Positions 27,243-39,859 of a stretch of DNA of 64,000 bases are shown here, one piece after another. The stretch is from Octopus sinensis (taxonomy: Eukaryota). Position 1 is the stretch's first letter. Each line of letters begins with the position of its first letter. A program made the position numbers and the translations under genes. The notes under the pieces are model-generated. The model searched no databases, was not told the origin of the DNA, and saw nothing but the letters and a program-made list of their open reading frames with translations. The stretch spans positions 10,044,001 through 10,108,000 of the forward strand of contig NC_043025.1 in NCBI RefSeq assembly GCF_006345805.1. The letters are read 5' to 3'.

Positions 27243-27908
27243 TGCACGTAAATATTTTTACATATTTATGTATCTAAGCATACTCAAACACACATATTAT
27301 TTATACATACGTATGTATTCATATATACACACATTATTTAACAAAATATTATTTTTAAATAATAGATATACTTTTAAATAAATATTTTCTACAGTTACTA
27401 TTTTGTTATTGTGGTGGAAGATGTCTAGTATCTTTGGGTTTTTTTTTGGTTTTTTTTGTAGGTTATACTGAGATCTGGAAAGCAATATCATCTAGGCAAG
27501 TCTAGCTGATCTTAACATTGTTAGTGTTATGGAGTTTGCTGTATTTGTGCATGGGTGGTAAATATTGTTTGGTTAAATTCTTTTTCCTGTCTTCCTTTTT
27601 CTGTTGTGTGGAAGAAGTTTCTTGTGAATACAAGTGTGAATACAAGTTTCCCACAAAAGCTTTCTCATACTAATTCATAATTGTAAAAGAAGCATGTTTT
27701 ATTGAAAATGATACCGAAGTTAACTCACAAACATTTCTAGTTTGCTTGCTGCAACATCCCTTGTTATGGATAGAGGGTGGTTAGAATATTTACGTATATA
27801 TAAGGTTTCTCATTTGGCTTTGTGTGGGAGTAATATTTGTCTATTTATAAGAAGTATTGTAACTAGAAAGTTCACTAGTGTTAGATTGGGACTGATGGTA
27901 ATATTTAA

Positions 27909-29037
27909 CCCTTTAGCATTCAAACCAGCTATATCCAGTTAACGCGTTCTACCTCTTTTCTGTTCAAAACAAGGCCAGATCCAACACCTCACATCTTTTC
28001 TACAACGATATTCTAAAAATAAACAATCACATGAGGCCCACAGCTCTTCAATATCCTCCCGAAGAACCTAAGAGACTTGCATGGGGTGGATGCAGATGTC
28101 TTTAAAATAAAACTGGATCTCTTCTTGTCAGGTGTCCCAGATGAACCATCTTCACGGCAGGAGGTGCAGATGAGGGCAGCTGCATCAAACTCTCTCATGC
28201 CCCAAATGGCAATTGCTAAAAAGCATTCGTGAGGTAAAATCATGTAGCAACACCAAATGGCGGTGCCCCAGCATGGCCACAGCTTGTGAGCTGAAACTAG
28301 ATAAAAAATCTAAAAAAAAATAATATAAATACATCATTGAAATCTCAAAGCTATGAGATAATGCATAATTAATTCAAAACAAGGCCAGATCCAGCCTCTC
28401 ACACCTACCCTACAATGTCATTCTAAAAATAAACAATCACATCATTGAAATCTCAAATCTATGAGATAATGCATAATTAATTCAAAACAAAGCCAGATCC
28501 TGTCTCACACCCACCCTACAATGTCATTCTAAAAATAAACAATCACATCATTGAAATCTCAAATCTATGAGATAATGCATAATTAATTCAAAACAAAGCC
28601 AGATCCTGTCTCACACCCACCCTACAATGTCATTCTAAAAATAAACAATCACATCATTGAAATCTCAAAGCTATGAGATAATGCATGATTAATTCAAAAC
28701 AAGGCCAGGTCCAGCCCCTCACACCTACCCTACAATGTCATTCTAAATATAAGCAATCACATCATTGAAATCTCAAAGCTATGAGATAATGCAGGATAAA
28801 TTCAAAACAAGGCCAGATCCAGCCCCTCACACCTACCCTACAATGTCATTCTAAATATAAACAATCACATCATTGAAATCTCAAAGCTATGAGATAATGC
28901 ATGATTAATTCAAAACAAGGCCAGATCCAGCCTCTCACACCTACCCTACAATGTCATTCTAAATATAAACAATCACATCATTGAAATCTCAAAGCTATGA
29001 GATAATGCATGATTAATTCAAAACAAGGCCAGATCCA
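27909..29037. repeat. ~108-bp tandem array amplified from inside a TTAA-CCCTTTAGC MITE
   Basis: The unit ttcaaaacaaggccagatccagcctctcacacctaccctacaatgtcattctaaa... starts about 8 times. The same unit occurs about 3 times at 54645-54980. Confidence 0.85.
28033..28320 (+). mobile_element. 3' end of a CR1/L2-group LINE inserted into the first 108-bp unit
   Basis: Encodes GPQLFNILPKNLRDLHGVDADVFKIKLDLFLSGVPDEP, followed by a short 3' UTR and an A-rich tail. Confidence 0.8.
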
Positions 29038-29317
29038 GAGAAATAAGTGTGTTGCAGTTGGTAGGAGAGAGAGAGAGAGAAAGGAGGGAGAGAGAGAAAG
29101 GAGGGAGAGAGAGGGGGAAAGGAAAGGAGAGAGAGAGGTGAGAGAAAGAAGAGAGGGAGTAGAAGGGAGAGAAGAGAATGAGATGGTAAAGATATATAAG
29201 TGCAGGCATGGCTCTGTGGCAAGAAGCTTGCTTGCCAACCACATTTCTAGGTTCAGTTCTACTGCATGGTACCTTGGGCAAGTATCTCCACCAATAGCCT
29301 TGGGCTGACCAAAGCCT

Positions 29318-29705
29318 TCTTCTTGCACACCACATCTGATGCCTCTGATACCCAATTTTTCTCTCAGCACATTTACACTTTGTCATACATGCACACTGAT
29401 GTTGCACATCCAAAATGCATGCTGGATTCGTTTCTTTCAAGCCTTCACATATCCCCCAGTCACCATAGCCCATGTTTCACTCCCATGAAGCATCGTTATT
29501 CACACACCAGCGTCATACAATCTACCATTCACTCTGAGAGAAAAAGCCTTTTGTTAGCAACAAAACTAATAGCTCTCTGAACTTTGTCCAGCTGGTTCTA
29601 ATTCTAGCAACTATGCTTTCAGCTCATCCTCCACTACTGCTAATTTGGTCACCTACATAATAGAAACTATCAACCATTTCTAAAGATCCTCCTTGGCACT
29701 AAGGG
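29318..29705 (-). pseudogene. RTE-type LINE ORF C-terminal fragment
   Basis: EMVDSFYYVGDQISSSGG-stop-AESIVARIRTSWTKFREL ... LREKLGIRGIRCGVQE. A more decayed relative lies at about 35280-35505. Confidence 0.8.
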
Positions 29706-30179
29706 AAATCTATTCCTCCTCCACTGTTAAAAGTAAAGGAAATAGAAAATATCGATCCTATTCTATATAATGTTAATGGTAATTTTAATTGTGAATGACT
29801 CAGGGGCTTTCATTACTCTCCCTTTCTCACTTTCTCCGCTTCTTTTCTCTACTGTAAAAAAAAAAGGGGGGTAAAGAAAATCAATTGTATATGTAGTTCT
29901 TACATGTTTTAAGTAAACATAGGCCATGTAGTTTCATGATCCCATGTTGCATTGATAAGCTCCAAAAAGAGTGAAATAACCATTTTCTGCATTTACTTGC
30001 AGTTACTAGAACATCCAAAACAGGGAAAAAAAAAAATGAATTATAAAGAAATATTCTTTCATATGTCCTCTCACTCACATAATAACAATGCCAAAAAACC
30101 CCCCAAAAATCTCCCCTTGAAGGGAGTTTCTCCCTCTTTTCTATTCTTAGCAAATTCCCTTTCTCTCCACCTCTTACTC

Positions 30180-31322
30180 TTATTTCTTTATTGCCCACAA
30201 GGAGCTAAACATAGAGGGGACAGACAAAGGGATTAAGTTGATTACATCAACCCCAGTGCGTAACTGGTACTTTATTTATTGACCACGAAAGGATGAAAGG
30301 CAAAGTTGACCTCAGAACATAATGACAGATGAAATACCTATTTCTTTACTACCCACAAGGGGCTAAACACAGAGAGGACAAACAAGGACAGACAAAGGGA
30401 TTAAGTTGATTACATCGACTCCAGTGCGTAACAGGTACTTAATTTATCGACCACGAAAGGATGAAAGGCAAAGTCGACCTTGGCGGAATTTGAACTCAGA
30501 ACGTAATGGCAGATGAAATACCTATTTCTTTACTACCCACAAGGGGCTAAACACAGAGGGTACAAACAAATGGATTAAGTCGATTACATCGACCCCAGTG
30601 CGTAACTGGTTCTTAATTTATCGACCCCAAAAGGATGAAAGGCAAAGACAACCTTGATGGAATTTGAACTCAGAACGTAAAAACAGACGAAATTCCTATT
30701 TCTTTACTGCCCACAAGGGACTAAACATAGGGGGAACAAACAAGGACAGACAAACGGATTAAGTCGATTACATCAACCCCAGTGCGTAACTGGTACTTAA
30801 TTTATTGACCACGAGAGGATGAAAGGCAAAGTCGACCTCGGCGGAATTTGATCTCAGAACATAAAGACAGACGAAATACCACGAAGCATTTCGCCCGGCA
30901 TGCTAACATTTCTGCCAGCTCACCACTGTAATAATAACAATCCTTTCTACTGTGGGCACAAGACCTAAAATTTGCGGGGAGGAGACTAATCGATTACAAT
31001 GACCCCCAGTGTTTCGCCGGTACTTATTTCATCAACTCTGAAAGGATGAAAGGCAAAGTTGACCTTGGCAGAAATTGAACTCAAAGCGTTTCATCCAGTG
31101 TGCTAACGCTTCTACCAACTTGCCGCCTTAATAATAATAATAATGTTTCTTTATTACCCATAAGGAGCTAAACATAGAGGGGACAAACAAGGACAGACAA
31201 ACGAAATTAAGTCGATTATATCGACTCCAGTGTGTAACTAGTACTTAATTTATCGACCCCAAAAGGATGAAAGGCAAAGTCGACCTCGGCGGAATTTGAA
31301 CTCAGAACATAACAGCAGACGA
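30180..31322 (-). mobile_element. Head-to-tail cluster of family B SINE units
   Basis: Repeated ~170-180-bp units with B box GAGTTCAAATTCC and core GTCGACTTTGCCTTTCATCCTTTCGGGGTCGATAAATTAAGTACCAG, which resembles the MetaSINE central domain as I recall it. Further clusters at 48830-49210, 50220-51940, 58080-58590 and 60530-61040. Confidence 0.85.
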
Positions 31323-32636
31323 ATAATAATAATAATCATTAATAATATAACAAACCAGTTTGATACAATATTTGCAGTTGGTTTTAGCATAATTTCACTT
31401 ATGATTAAATTTTCATTAAAAATAATTCCTGTTCAACAGGTATCACATTGAAAACTATTAAATTACAAAGTGTTTGTGTTGTTTATAATAAACTTTATTT
31501 TACATTTCTGGCCCACAAGAGATTATGTCCAATCTTTAACATACTGCTCTATGTCTTCTCAAATCATGATCACAGGATAAGTTGTTAAAAATTATCAACA
31601 AAAACAAAGCTGATAATTACACACAGGTGTTTCAAATTAAATTTAATTACCAATAAACATCAGTTTGGATGACACTTTACTCACCTGAGTAAAATATGGC
31701 CCAGACCGTGATTACCAGCATGAACGTCAGACCGCCAAAAGTAGTTAACCATCTAATCATCATCATCATCATCATCATCGTTTAACGTCCGCTTTCCATG
31801 CTAGCATGGGTTGGACGATTTTGACTGAGGGCTGGTGAACCAGATGGCTGCACCAGGCTCCGATCTTGATTTGACAGAGTTTCTACAGCTGGATGCCCTT
31901 CCTAACGCCAACTACTCCCAAGAGTGTTGAGGGTGCTTTTACGTGCCACCGGCACGGGGGCCTGTAGGGCAGTACTGGCAATGACCTTGCTCGAATCTTT
32001 TTACATGTGCCATCAGCACAGGTGCCAGTAAGGTGACGTTGGTAACGATCACGCTCGAATGGTCCCCTTTTACATGCCACGGGCATGGAAGCCAGTTAGC
32101 TGCTCTGGCAACGATCACGCTCGGATGGTGCTTAGTAAATTTATACAGAAAAAGTAAGCATTATACCGTCCAGCATAAATAAGTCAACTTCATTATATTT
32201 AAGCCCTTATTTTTTTTTCTGTAAAACCTATTCTAACATTAAATGAGTCAACTTCTAGTACGCATGTTTTGGAAACGATCTACTCAATGTAATTTACACA
32301 CCCCTAAAGTTTATTTTTATTTTTGCAAAAAAAAAAATGCGTAAATTACATGGGTTTTTATGGTATATTTGTCATTTCTTTTGTTTCAAATACCACCTTA
32401 ATATACCAATGTATATTTGCCCTTTGTTATGTCTCAAACATGATCTTAATATCTCAATAAATATTTATATTTTCTTATGTCGCAAACACTACCTTAATAT
32501 ACCAATATTTGTCATTTGTTATGTTTGAAATATCCTTGTTAATATACCAATATATATTTCTCTTGTTATGTACCAAACACCATGTTAATACACCAATAAA
32601 TATTTGTCTTTTGTTATACTCTAAACACCATCTTAA

Positions 32637-33110
32637 CCCTTCCGATACCAACCTGGCTGAAACCACCTCTGGCTCTGTAGTACAAATGTCTTGTTTTCAT
32701 ACGTTTTGAATTAAAATCTTCCACCAAACCTTAGTCACAATTTATGTTACTAACACTAGCTTAATGACAACTAAGTTATTTTACTAAATTATTTGCTATA
32801 TTTAAAATTAATTGAAAGAAACACACAGCATCTCAGCAGAAATATGGTAACAAAAGGGTTAAGATATAAATAGAGAAACAATTCTTAACCCTTTTGATAC
32901 CAACATGGCTGAAGCCGGCTCTGGCTCTGTAGTACAAATGTCTTGTTTTCAAAAGTTTTGAATTAAAATCTTCCACCAAACCTTAGTCACAATTTATGTT
33001 CCTAACACTAGCTTAACGATAACTAAGTTATTTTACTAAATTCTTTGTTATATTTAAAATTAATTGAAAGAAACACAGAGCATCTCAAAATAAATACAGT
33101 AGCGAAAGGG
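32637..33110. mobile_element. Two adjacent ~222-bp piggyBac-type MITEs (32637-32858 and 32889-33110)
   Basis: Each is bounded by TTAA-CCCTT ... AAGGG-TTAA. Same family as 21989-22209. Confidence 0.85.
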
Positions 33111-33329
33111 TTAATATACCAATATTATGTTCAATGCACCATTTTAGGTGGACTGTGGTCTGTAACTTAACCAGATTAATTTTGTAATTTGCACTAATTA
33201 GCAAAGAACGTGGAACACATTAGATTCTGCATTCATAAATAAAGTGTTTGAGTAAATAAAATACAGGATGGTCACAGCTGGGATGTCTTTCCTGACTGAT
33301 ACATCTGGATCAGAGCTGACCAAGTGCTA

Positions 33330-33411
33330 AAAAAAAAAACACAACAGCAACAAAAATAAACAAGCGAATCATTAAGAAACATAAGATCGTTACAGGTGAA
33401 AGAGGTTTAAT
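33330..33411 (-). terminator. Probable EMC6 polyadenylation signal (ATTAAA at 33406-33411) with downstream GU/U-rich element
   Basis: ATTAAA lies about 210 nt after the stop codon. It is followed 30-80 nt later by TTGTTTATTTTTGTTGCTGTTGTGTTTTTTTT. Confidence 0.6.
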
Positions 33412-33619
33412 TCAAATATATTAACACAAAACATATGTGTAGATACATATATAGGAGACCCCAGTAGATAGCAGCGATAGGGAGCAGCTGAAACTGGACC
33501 CTCTGCTCTGCCGGTATGTGGTCTATATTTTATATGTGAGTGTGGGGAAATATGTACAGAGGGGTGGGGCTTGGAGTCAGATGGGTGCAAGTTGGTCCAA
33601 ACTTCCTGGTTAATGAACA

Positions 33620-33650
33620 TCAATAAACATGAACCATACCGTAGAGAAAT
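33620..33650 (-). CDS. EMC6: EMC6 coding exon 5 (last nt of Thr, FLYGMVHVY, TGA)
   Basis: A TTT CTC TAC GGT ATG GTT CAT GTT TAT TGA gives the canonical EMC6 C-terminus FLYGMVHVY. Acceptor cctatgcag with TCTCCTTAAT upstream. Phase 2 matches exon 4. Confidence 0.95.
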
Positions 33651-34030
33651 CTGCATAGGAAAAATAATTAAGGAGAATAACTGGAAAATGAATAATATAT
33701 TACATTTCTGTGTGTGTCAGTGTGTCCATTTATGCATCCGTCTGTCAATCCGTCCATCTATCCATCCATCCATTCTTTACACTGGTATCTTAGTGTAAAG
33801 AATCTACCACATGACCAAACTCCCACACACATGTATAATGAATGGTGATGGAGAAACAGTACCTTATAGGCGTAGGAGTGGCTGTGTGGTAAGTCGCTTC
33901 CTTACGAACCACATGGTTCCGGGTTCAGTCCCACTGCGTGGCACCTTGGGCAAGTGTCTTCTACTATAGCTTCGGGCCGACCAATGCCTTGTGAGTGGAT
34001 TTGGTAGAGGGAAACTGAAAGAAGCCCGTC

Positions 34031-34062
<32 letters not shown>

Positions 34063-35509
34063 CAGGGGTGGCTGTGTGGTAAGTAGCTTGTTTACCAACC
34101 ACATGGTTCCAGGTCCAGTCCCACTGTGTGGCACCTTGGGCAAGTGTCTTCTACTATAGCCTCGGGCCGACCAAAGCCTTGTGAGTGGATTTGGTAGATG
34201 GAAACTGAACGAAGCCTGCCGTATATATGTATATATATATATGTGTGTATATGTTTGTCCCCACCTAACATCGCTTGACAACTGACACTGGTGTGTTTAC
34301 GTCCCCGTAACTTAGCAGTTCAGCAAAAGTGACCGATAGAATAAGTACTAGGCTTACAAAGAGTAAGTCCTGGGGTCGATTTGCTCGACTAAAGGTGGTG
34401 CTCCAGCATGGCCACAGTCACATGACTGGAATGAGTAAAAGAGTTACTTGTAAACAAGCGAAGGTTGGTGACAGGAAGGGCATCCGGCCACCATACAAAA
34501 TCTGCCTCAACGGACCATATCTGACCCATGCAAGCATGGAAAATCATCATCGTTTAACGTCCGCTTTCCATGCTAGCATGGGTTGGACGATTTTGACTGA
34601 GGGCTGGTGAACCGGAAGGCTGCACCAGGCTCCAATCTTGATCTGGCAGAGTTTCTACAGCTGTATGCCCTTCCTAACGCCAACCACTCTGAGAGTGTAG
34701 TGGGTGCTTTTTACGTGCCACCGGCACGGGGGCCAGTCAGGTGGTACTGGCAATGACCTCGCTCGAATCCTTTTACATATGCCACCAGCACAGGTGCCAG
34801 TAAGGCGACTTCGGAAAAGAGGACCTCAAAATGATGATGATGATGGTGGTGATGGTGATAATGAGGACGATGATGGTGATGACAATGATGATGATGTTGA
34901 TGATAATGATTGTCTTTGCATGTCTGCATGGAGAAGGCAGATTTAGTGTCTTTTCCATGTGGCTGGTTAGCAAGCTACTTACCACACAGCCACTCCTGCG
35001 CCTATAACAGTTGTTCAACATGCTAGACATAACAGCCAAATTGCTCTCCAAACGATATTCCCTGGTATGCATGGGCAACTGCTTGTCTACCATAAACAAC
35101 CCTGCCCAGACATGTGCCTCAGAGGGTAACTTTCTCGGTGCAATCCCATGGTCATTCATGACTGAAGGGGGGGGGGTCTTTACCCTTCTCAGCAGAATAG
35201 CAAAAACAAATTGTGAAAATGGATCTTTTGCAGAGAATATTACACACACACACACACACACACACGTTGCATATTAATTGAGGTCCTCCACTGATTGCTT
35301 TGTGAAGTTCAGCTTTTACAACCCCTCACTTCTCCCATCGTCCTCGTCTTCCTATGCAACTGGCTGGCACACCAGGGTAGGAGACTGACTCTCATCTTCC
35401 ACACACGTCACATTGGCTGTGCGAGCTCCTGTCAACTCTCTGGCACACTGCGACTGATACCAATTCTTCTGAGACTCTGCTTGTCTCTTTCTGCTCCATT
35501 GCTCATGCA

Positions 35510-36900
35510 CACACAATATATATACACTCACATATATACATACATATACACATGTATACATATATATATATATATATTATATATATATATATATATATGC
35601 ACATACATATATACACACATATATATACATACATATACACACATATATATACATATATATATATATACACATATACATACATATATGTAAACATATCTTC
35701 GGAAGCGATAGGATGCCGAAAAGGTATGCTCCCACTTTCAGTGTTTTCAAATCCAAACCAAGGAATTCTGAGCTGATGATAGAAATGTCGACTTTGACTA
35801 ATCTTGAAACGTACGTTCTCAAATAACCTTTGCATCTGATTTTTTAATGTCTTTACCTCCATACTTTCGTGAGTTGAATTGAGCAAGCACTATATGAGAG
35901 AGATTTTCTTTAAGTATTAGAAATAGTTTTAAAAAAGTTTTTTTAGCTGCTATTTCTAATGAGTTCAGTATGTGGCAAAGTAATTTATTTACTAAGCTCT
36001 TTATATAATGTTATATATATATTATATATATATATATATATATGCACATACATATATACACACTATATATACATACATATACACACATATATATACATAT
36101 ATATATATATACACATATACATACATATATGTAAACATATCTTCGGAAGCGATAGGATGCCGAAAAGGTATGCTCCCACTTTCAGTGTTTTCAAATCCAA
36201 ACCAAGGAATTCTGAGCTGATGATAGAAATGTCGACTTTGACTAATCTTGAAACGTACGTTCTCAATAACCTTTGCATCTGATTTTTTAATGTCTTTACC
36301 TCCATACTTTCGTGAGTTGAATTGAGCAAGCACTATATGAGAGAGATTTTCTTTAAGTATTAGAAATAGTTTTAAAAAAGTTTTTTAGCTGCTATTTCTA
36401 ATGAGTTCAGTATGTGGCAAAGTAATTTATTTACTAAGCTCTTTATATAATGTTATATATATATTATATATATATATATATATATGCACATACATATATA
36501 CACACATATATATACATACATATACACACATATATATACATATATATATATATACACATATACATACATATATGTAAACATATCTTCGGAAGCGATAGGA
36601 TGCCGAAAAGGTATGCTCCCACTTTCAGTGTTTTCAAATCCAAACAAGGAATTCTGAGCTGATGATAGAAATGTCGACTTTGACTAATCTTGAAACGTAC
36701 GTTCTCAATAACCTTTGCATCTGATTTTTTAATGTCTTACCTCCATACTTTCGTGAGTTGAATTGAGCAAGCACTATATGAGAGAGATTTTCTTTAAGTA
36801 TTAGAAATAGTTTTAAAAAAGTTTTTTAGCTGCTATTTCTAATGAGTTCAGTATGTGGCAAAGTAATTTATTTACTAAGCTCTTTTATATAATGTTATAT
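35510..36900. repeat. Three near-identical ~444-bp tandem copies in EMC6 intron 4
   Basis: gtaaacatatcttcggaagcgatagg recurs at about 35687, 36131 and 36574. Confidence 0.9.
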
Positions 36901-37967
36901 ATATATATATATATACACCCACCCACACATTGTTCATGCACACTAATACTTTACATATAGACACACACATACACATATATACATGCATATATATACACAC
37001 ACACAAATATATACGTCCACATATATACACACTCACATATATACATACATATACACATGTATACATATATATATATATGCACATATACATAAATATATGT
37101 ATGCTTGTGTATATATATATATACATACACCCACACAATTATGTAAATTTCTGTACACATAATACATACAGGCATACATATATATATGTATTTATGAATG
37201 AAGATAACAATACAATGAGGAGAGAGAGAGAGAGAAAGAGATCATGAGAGACAGGTCACACACATACACACACACACGCATGCATGTACGTGGTTGTGGA
37301 GTCAGTCCATTCATCTGCCAATGTATCAGTCTGTCTGTCTGTCTAATTATGTCTCTCTGTGTCTATATGTCTGTGCGAGTTTACATATGCACACGCACAC
37401 ACACACGTAAGCAAAGCAACACAAAGGGTAAAATAAGATGTTGATAGGGACAGAGAATTCACACACACACACACACACACATATATATACTCTCTTTACT
37501 TGTTTCAGTCATGTGACTGTGGCCATGCTGGAGTACTGCCTTTAGTTGAGCAAATCGATCCCAGGATTTATTCTTTGTAAGCCTAGTACTTATTCTATCG
37601 GTATCTTTTTTGCTGAACCGCTAAGTTACAGCGACGTAAACACACCAGCATCGGTTGTCAAGCAATGCTAGGGGGACAAACACAGACACACAAACACATA
37701 CACATACATATATATATATATATACATACATATATACGACAGGCTTCTTACAGTTTCTGTCTACCAAATCCACTCACAAGGCTTTGGTCGGTCCGAGGCT
37801 ATAGTAGAAGACACTTGCCCAAGATGCCACACAGTGGGACTGAACCCGGAACCATGTGGTTCGTATGCTAGCTACTTATCACACAGCTACTCCTACGCCT
37901 ATATATATATATATATATGATATGTATGATATGTATGCATATGTTCCTGTATGCATGTGTGTGTGTG

Positions 37968-37998
<31 letters not shown>

Positions 37999-38009
37999 AT
38001 GTGTGTGTA

Positions 38010-38040
<31 letters not shown>

Positions 38041-38369
38041 GTATATGCATTTGTATATATGTGTGCGTATGTATATATATATATGTATTTATGTATATGT
38101 GTGCACATGTATGCATGTGTGTATGTATATATGTGTGTGTGTGTGCATATCATCATCATCATCATCATCGTCGTTTAACGTCCGTTCTCCATGCTAGCAT
38201 GGGTTGGACTATATATATATATGTATGCATGAGAGAGAGAGAGAAAGAGAGAGAGAGCGAGAGAGAGATGAAAGAGCAAAGGGTGGAATATGAAAATGCA
38301 GGAAATCAACTTGAAAGTTGTCCAAATGTGGAGAAAATAACATGACATTTCATCACAATGTATCCACTT

Positions 38370-38820
38370 CATCAGCACCACCACCATAACTATCACGTCT
38401 ATAACCACTGACACAACCACCGCCATCAGTGCTACTGACATCATTAGCCTTACCACCCCCACAACAATTATCGGCATCACCACCACCACCACCACCACCA
38501 CCACCAGAGCATCATCATCACCACTGCCACCACCACCACCATCATCATCAGCACCACCATCATTGTCATCATAAGCATCATCATCACCATTATCATCATC
38601 ATCATCGTCATCACCATCATCGTCATCATCATCATCGTCACCACCACCACCATCATCGTCATCATCATCATCATCATCGTCACCACCACCACCATCATCA
38701 TCACCATCATCATCATTCATCATCGTCATCACCACCACCATCATCATCACCATCATCATCATCATCATCATCATCGTCACCACTACCACCATCATCATTC
38801 ATCATCGTCATCACCACCAC

Positions 38821-38854
<34 letters not shown>

Positions 38855-39560
38855 GTCATCACCACCACCATCATCGTCATCATAAGCATCACTGACATTG
38901 TGTAATAGTTTTAAAAACTAAAGCAACCACCCCCCATGACTCACCTTCCCCGCCACCACCACCTCCACCATTAGTAGTCCTTGTTATCATGACCATCACC
39001 GCTGACATTGTGTAACGGTAAGGATAGCAAGAGAAAAAGAAAAGTCTCCTCCCACGTGTGCCTCCCCCCCCCCGCCGCCCTTCGCTTATCTTCCTCATCT
39101 AACCTTTTCATTAACTGTCACACCCATCCATCCACCCACCCACCCCTCTGTCCACCCTGGGTACTCACTTCATACACATATTACACTCCCACCCCCTACT
39201 TCCATGCACAAGCAGCTCACAAAAGAATTTGTAGTTTGTAGTAGTAGTAGAGGTAGTAGTATGTGGTGTCAGTGGTAATAGTGGTGGTGGTGGTGGTAGT
39301 AGTTATTGTGGTGGAGGTGGTAGTAGTTATTGTGGTGGAGGTGGTAGTAGTTGTAGTGGTGGAGGTGGTAGTTGTGGTGATGGTGGTAGTAGTTGTGGTG
39401 GAGGTGGTAGTTGTGGTGATGGTGGTAGTAGTTGTGGTGGAGGTGGTAGTAGTTGTGGAGGTGGTAGTAGTTGTAGTAACAGTACCACCGGTATTAGTGG
39501 TAGTTATAGTAGCAGCAGCAGTAGTAGTTGTACTAGTGATGGTAGTAGTAGTAGTAGCAG
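38370..39560. repeat. (CAT/CAC)n and (GTG/GTA)n trinucleotide tracts
   Basis: Direct inspection. Confidence 0.9.
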
Positions 39561-39859
39561 TTATTTTTAGCTCCAGGTCAACCTTTATCATGCAGCAAAC
39601 CTATGACCAAAGACATTCCAGTTCTGACCACCCCCCACCTTTTTCCTACGCATAGGACCACCCCTCCTCATCCAGAACACATTACACAATGATTTGAGGG
39701 TGATTTTGGGTGCTATTTCTAGACAGCATAATGGAGCTCTGATTGGCTTGGAATGGTCGTGGTGGGGAAAAACCCCCAATGTACTTTCGAAGTTCCTTTC
39801 GTTTATCACCCATCAAACTCATGGTTCCGTTCCAAGTTAAGACACTAGCAGAGTCAAGC

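Noticed and set aside
33415-33440. ACATATGTTTTGTGTTAA (TYVLC-stop) as the EMC6 TYxLFW exon
   Set aside because: It lies in the 3' UTR without splice signals. The microexon at 49924-49943 fits exactly.
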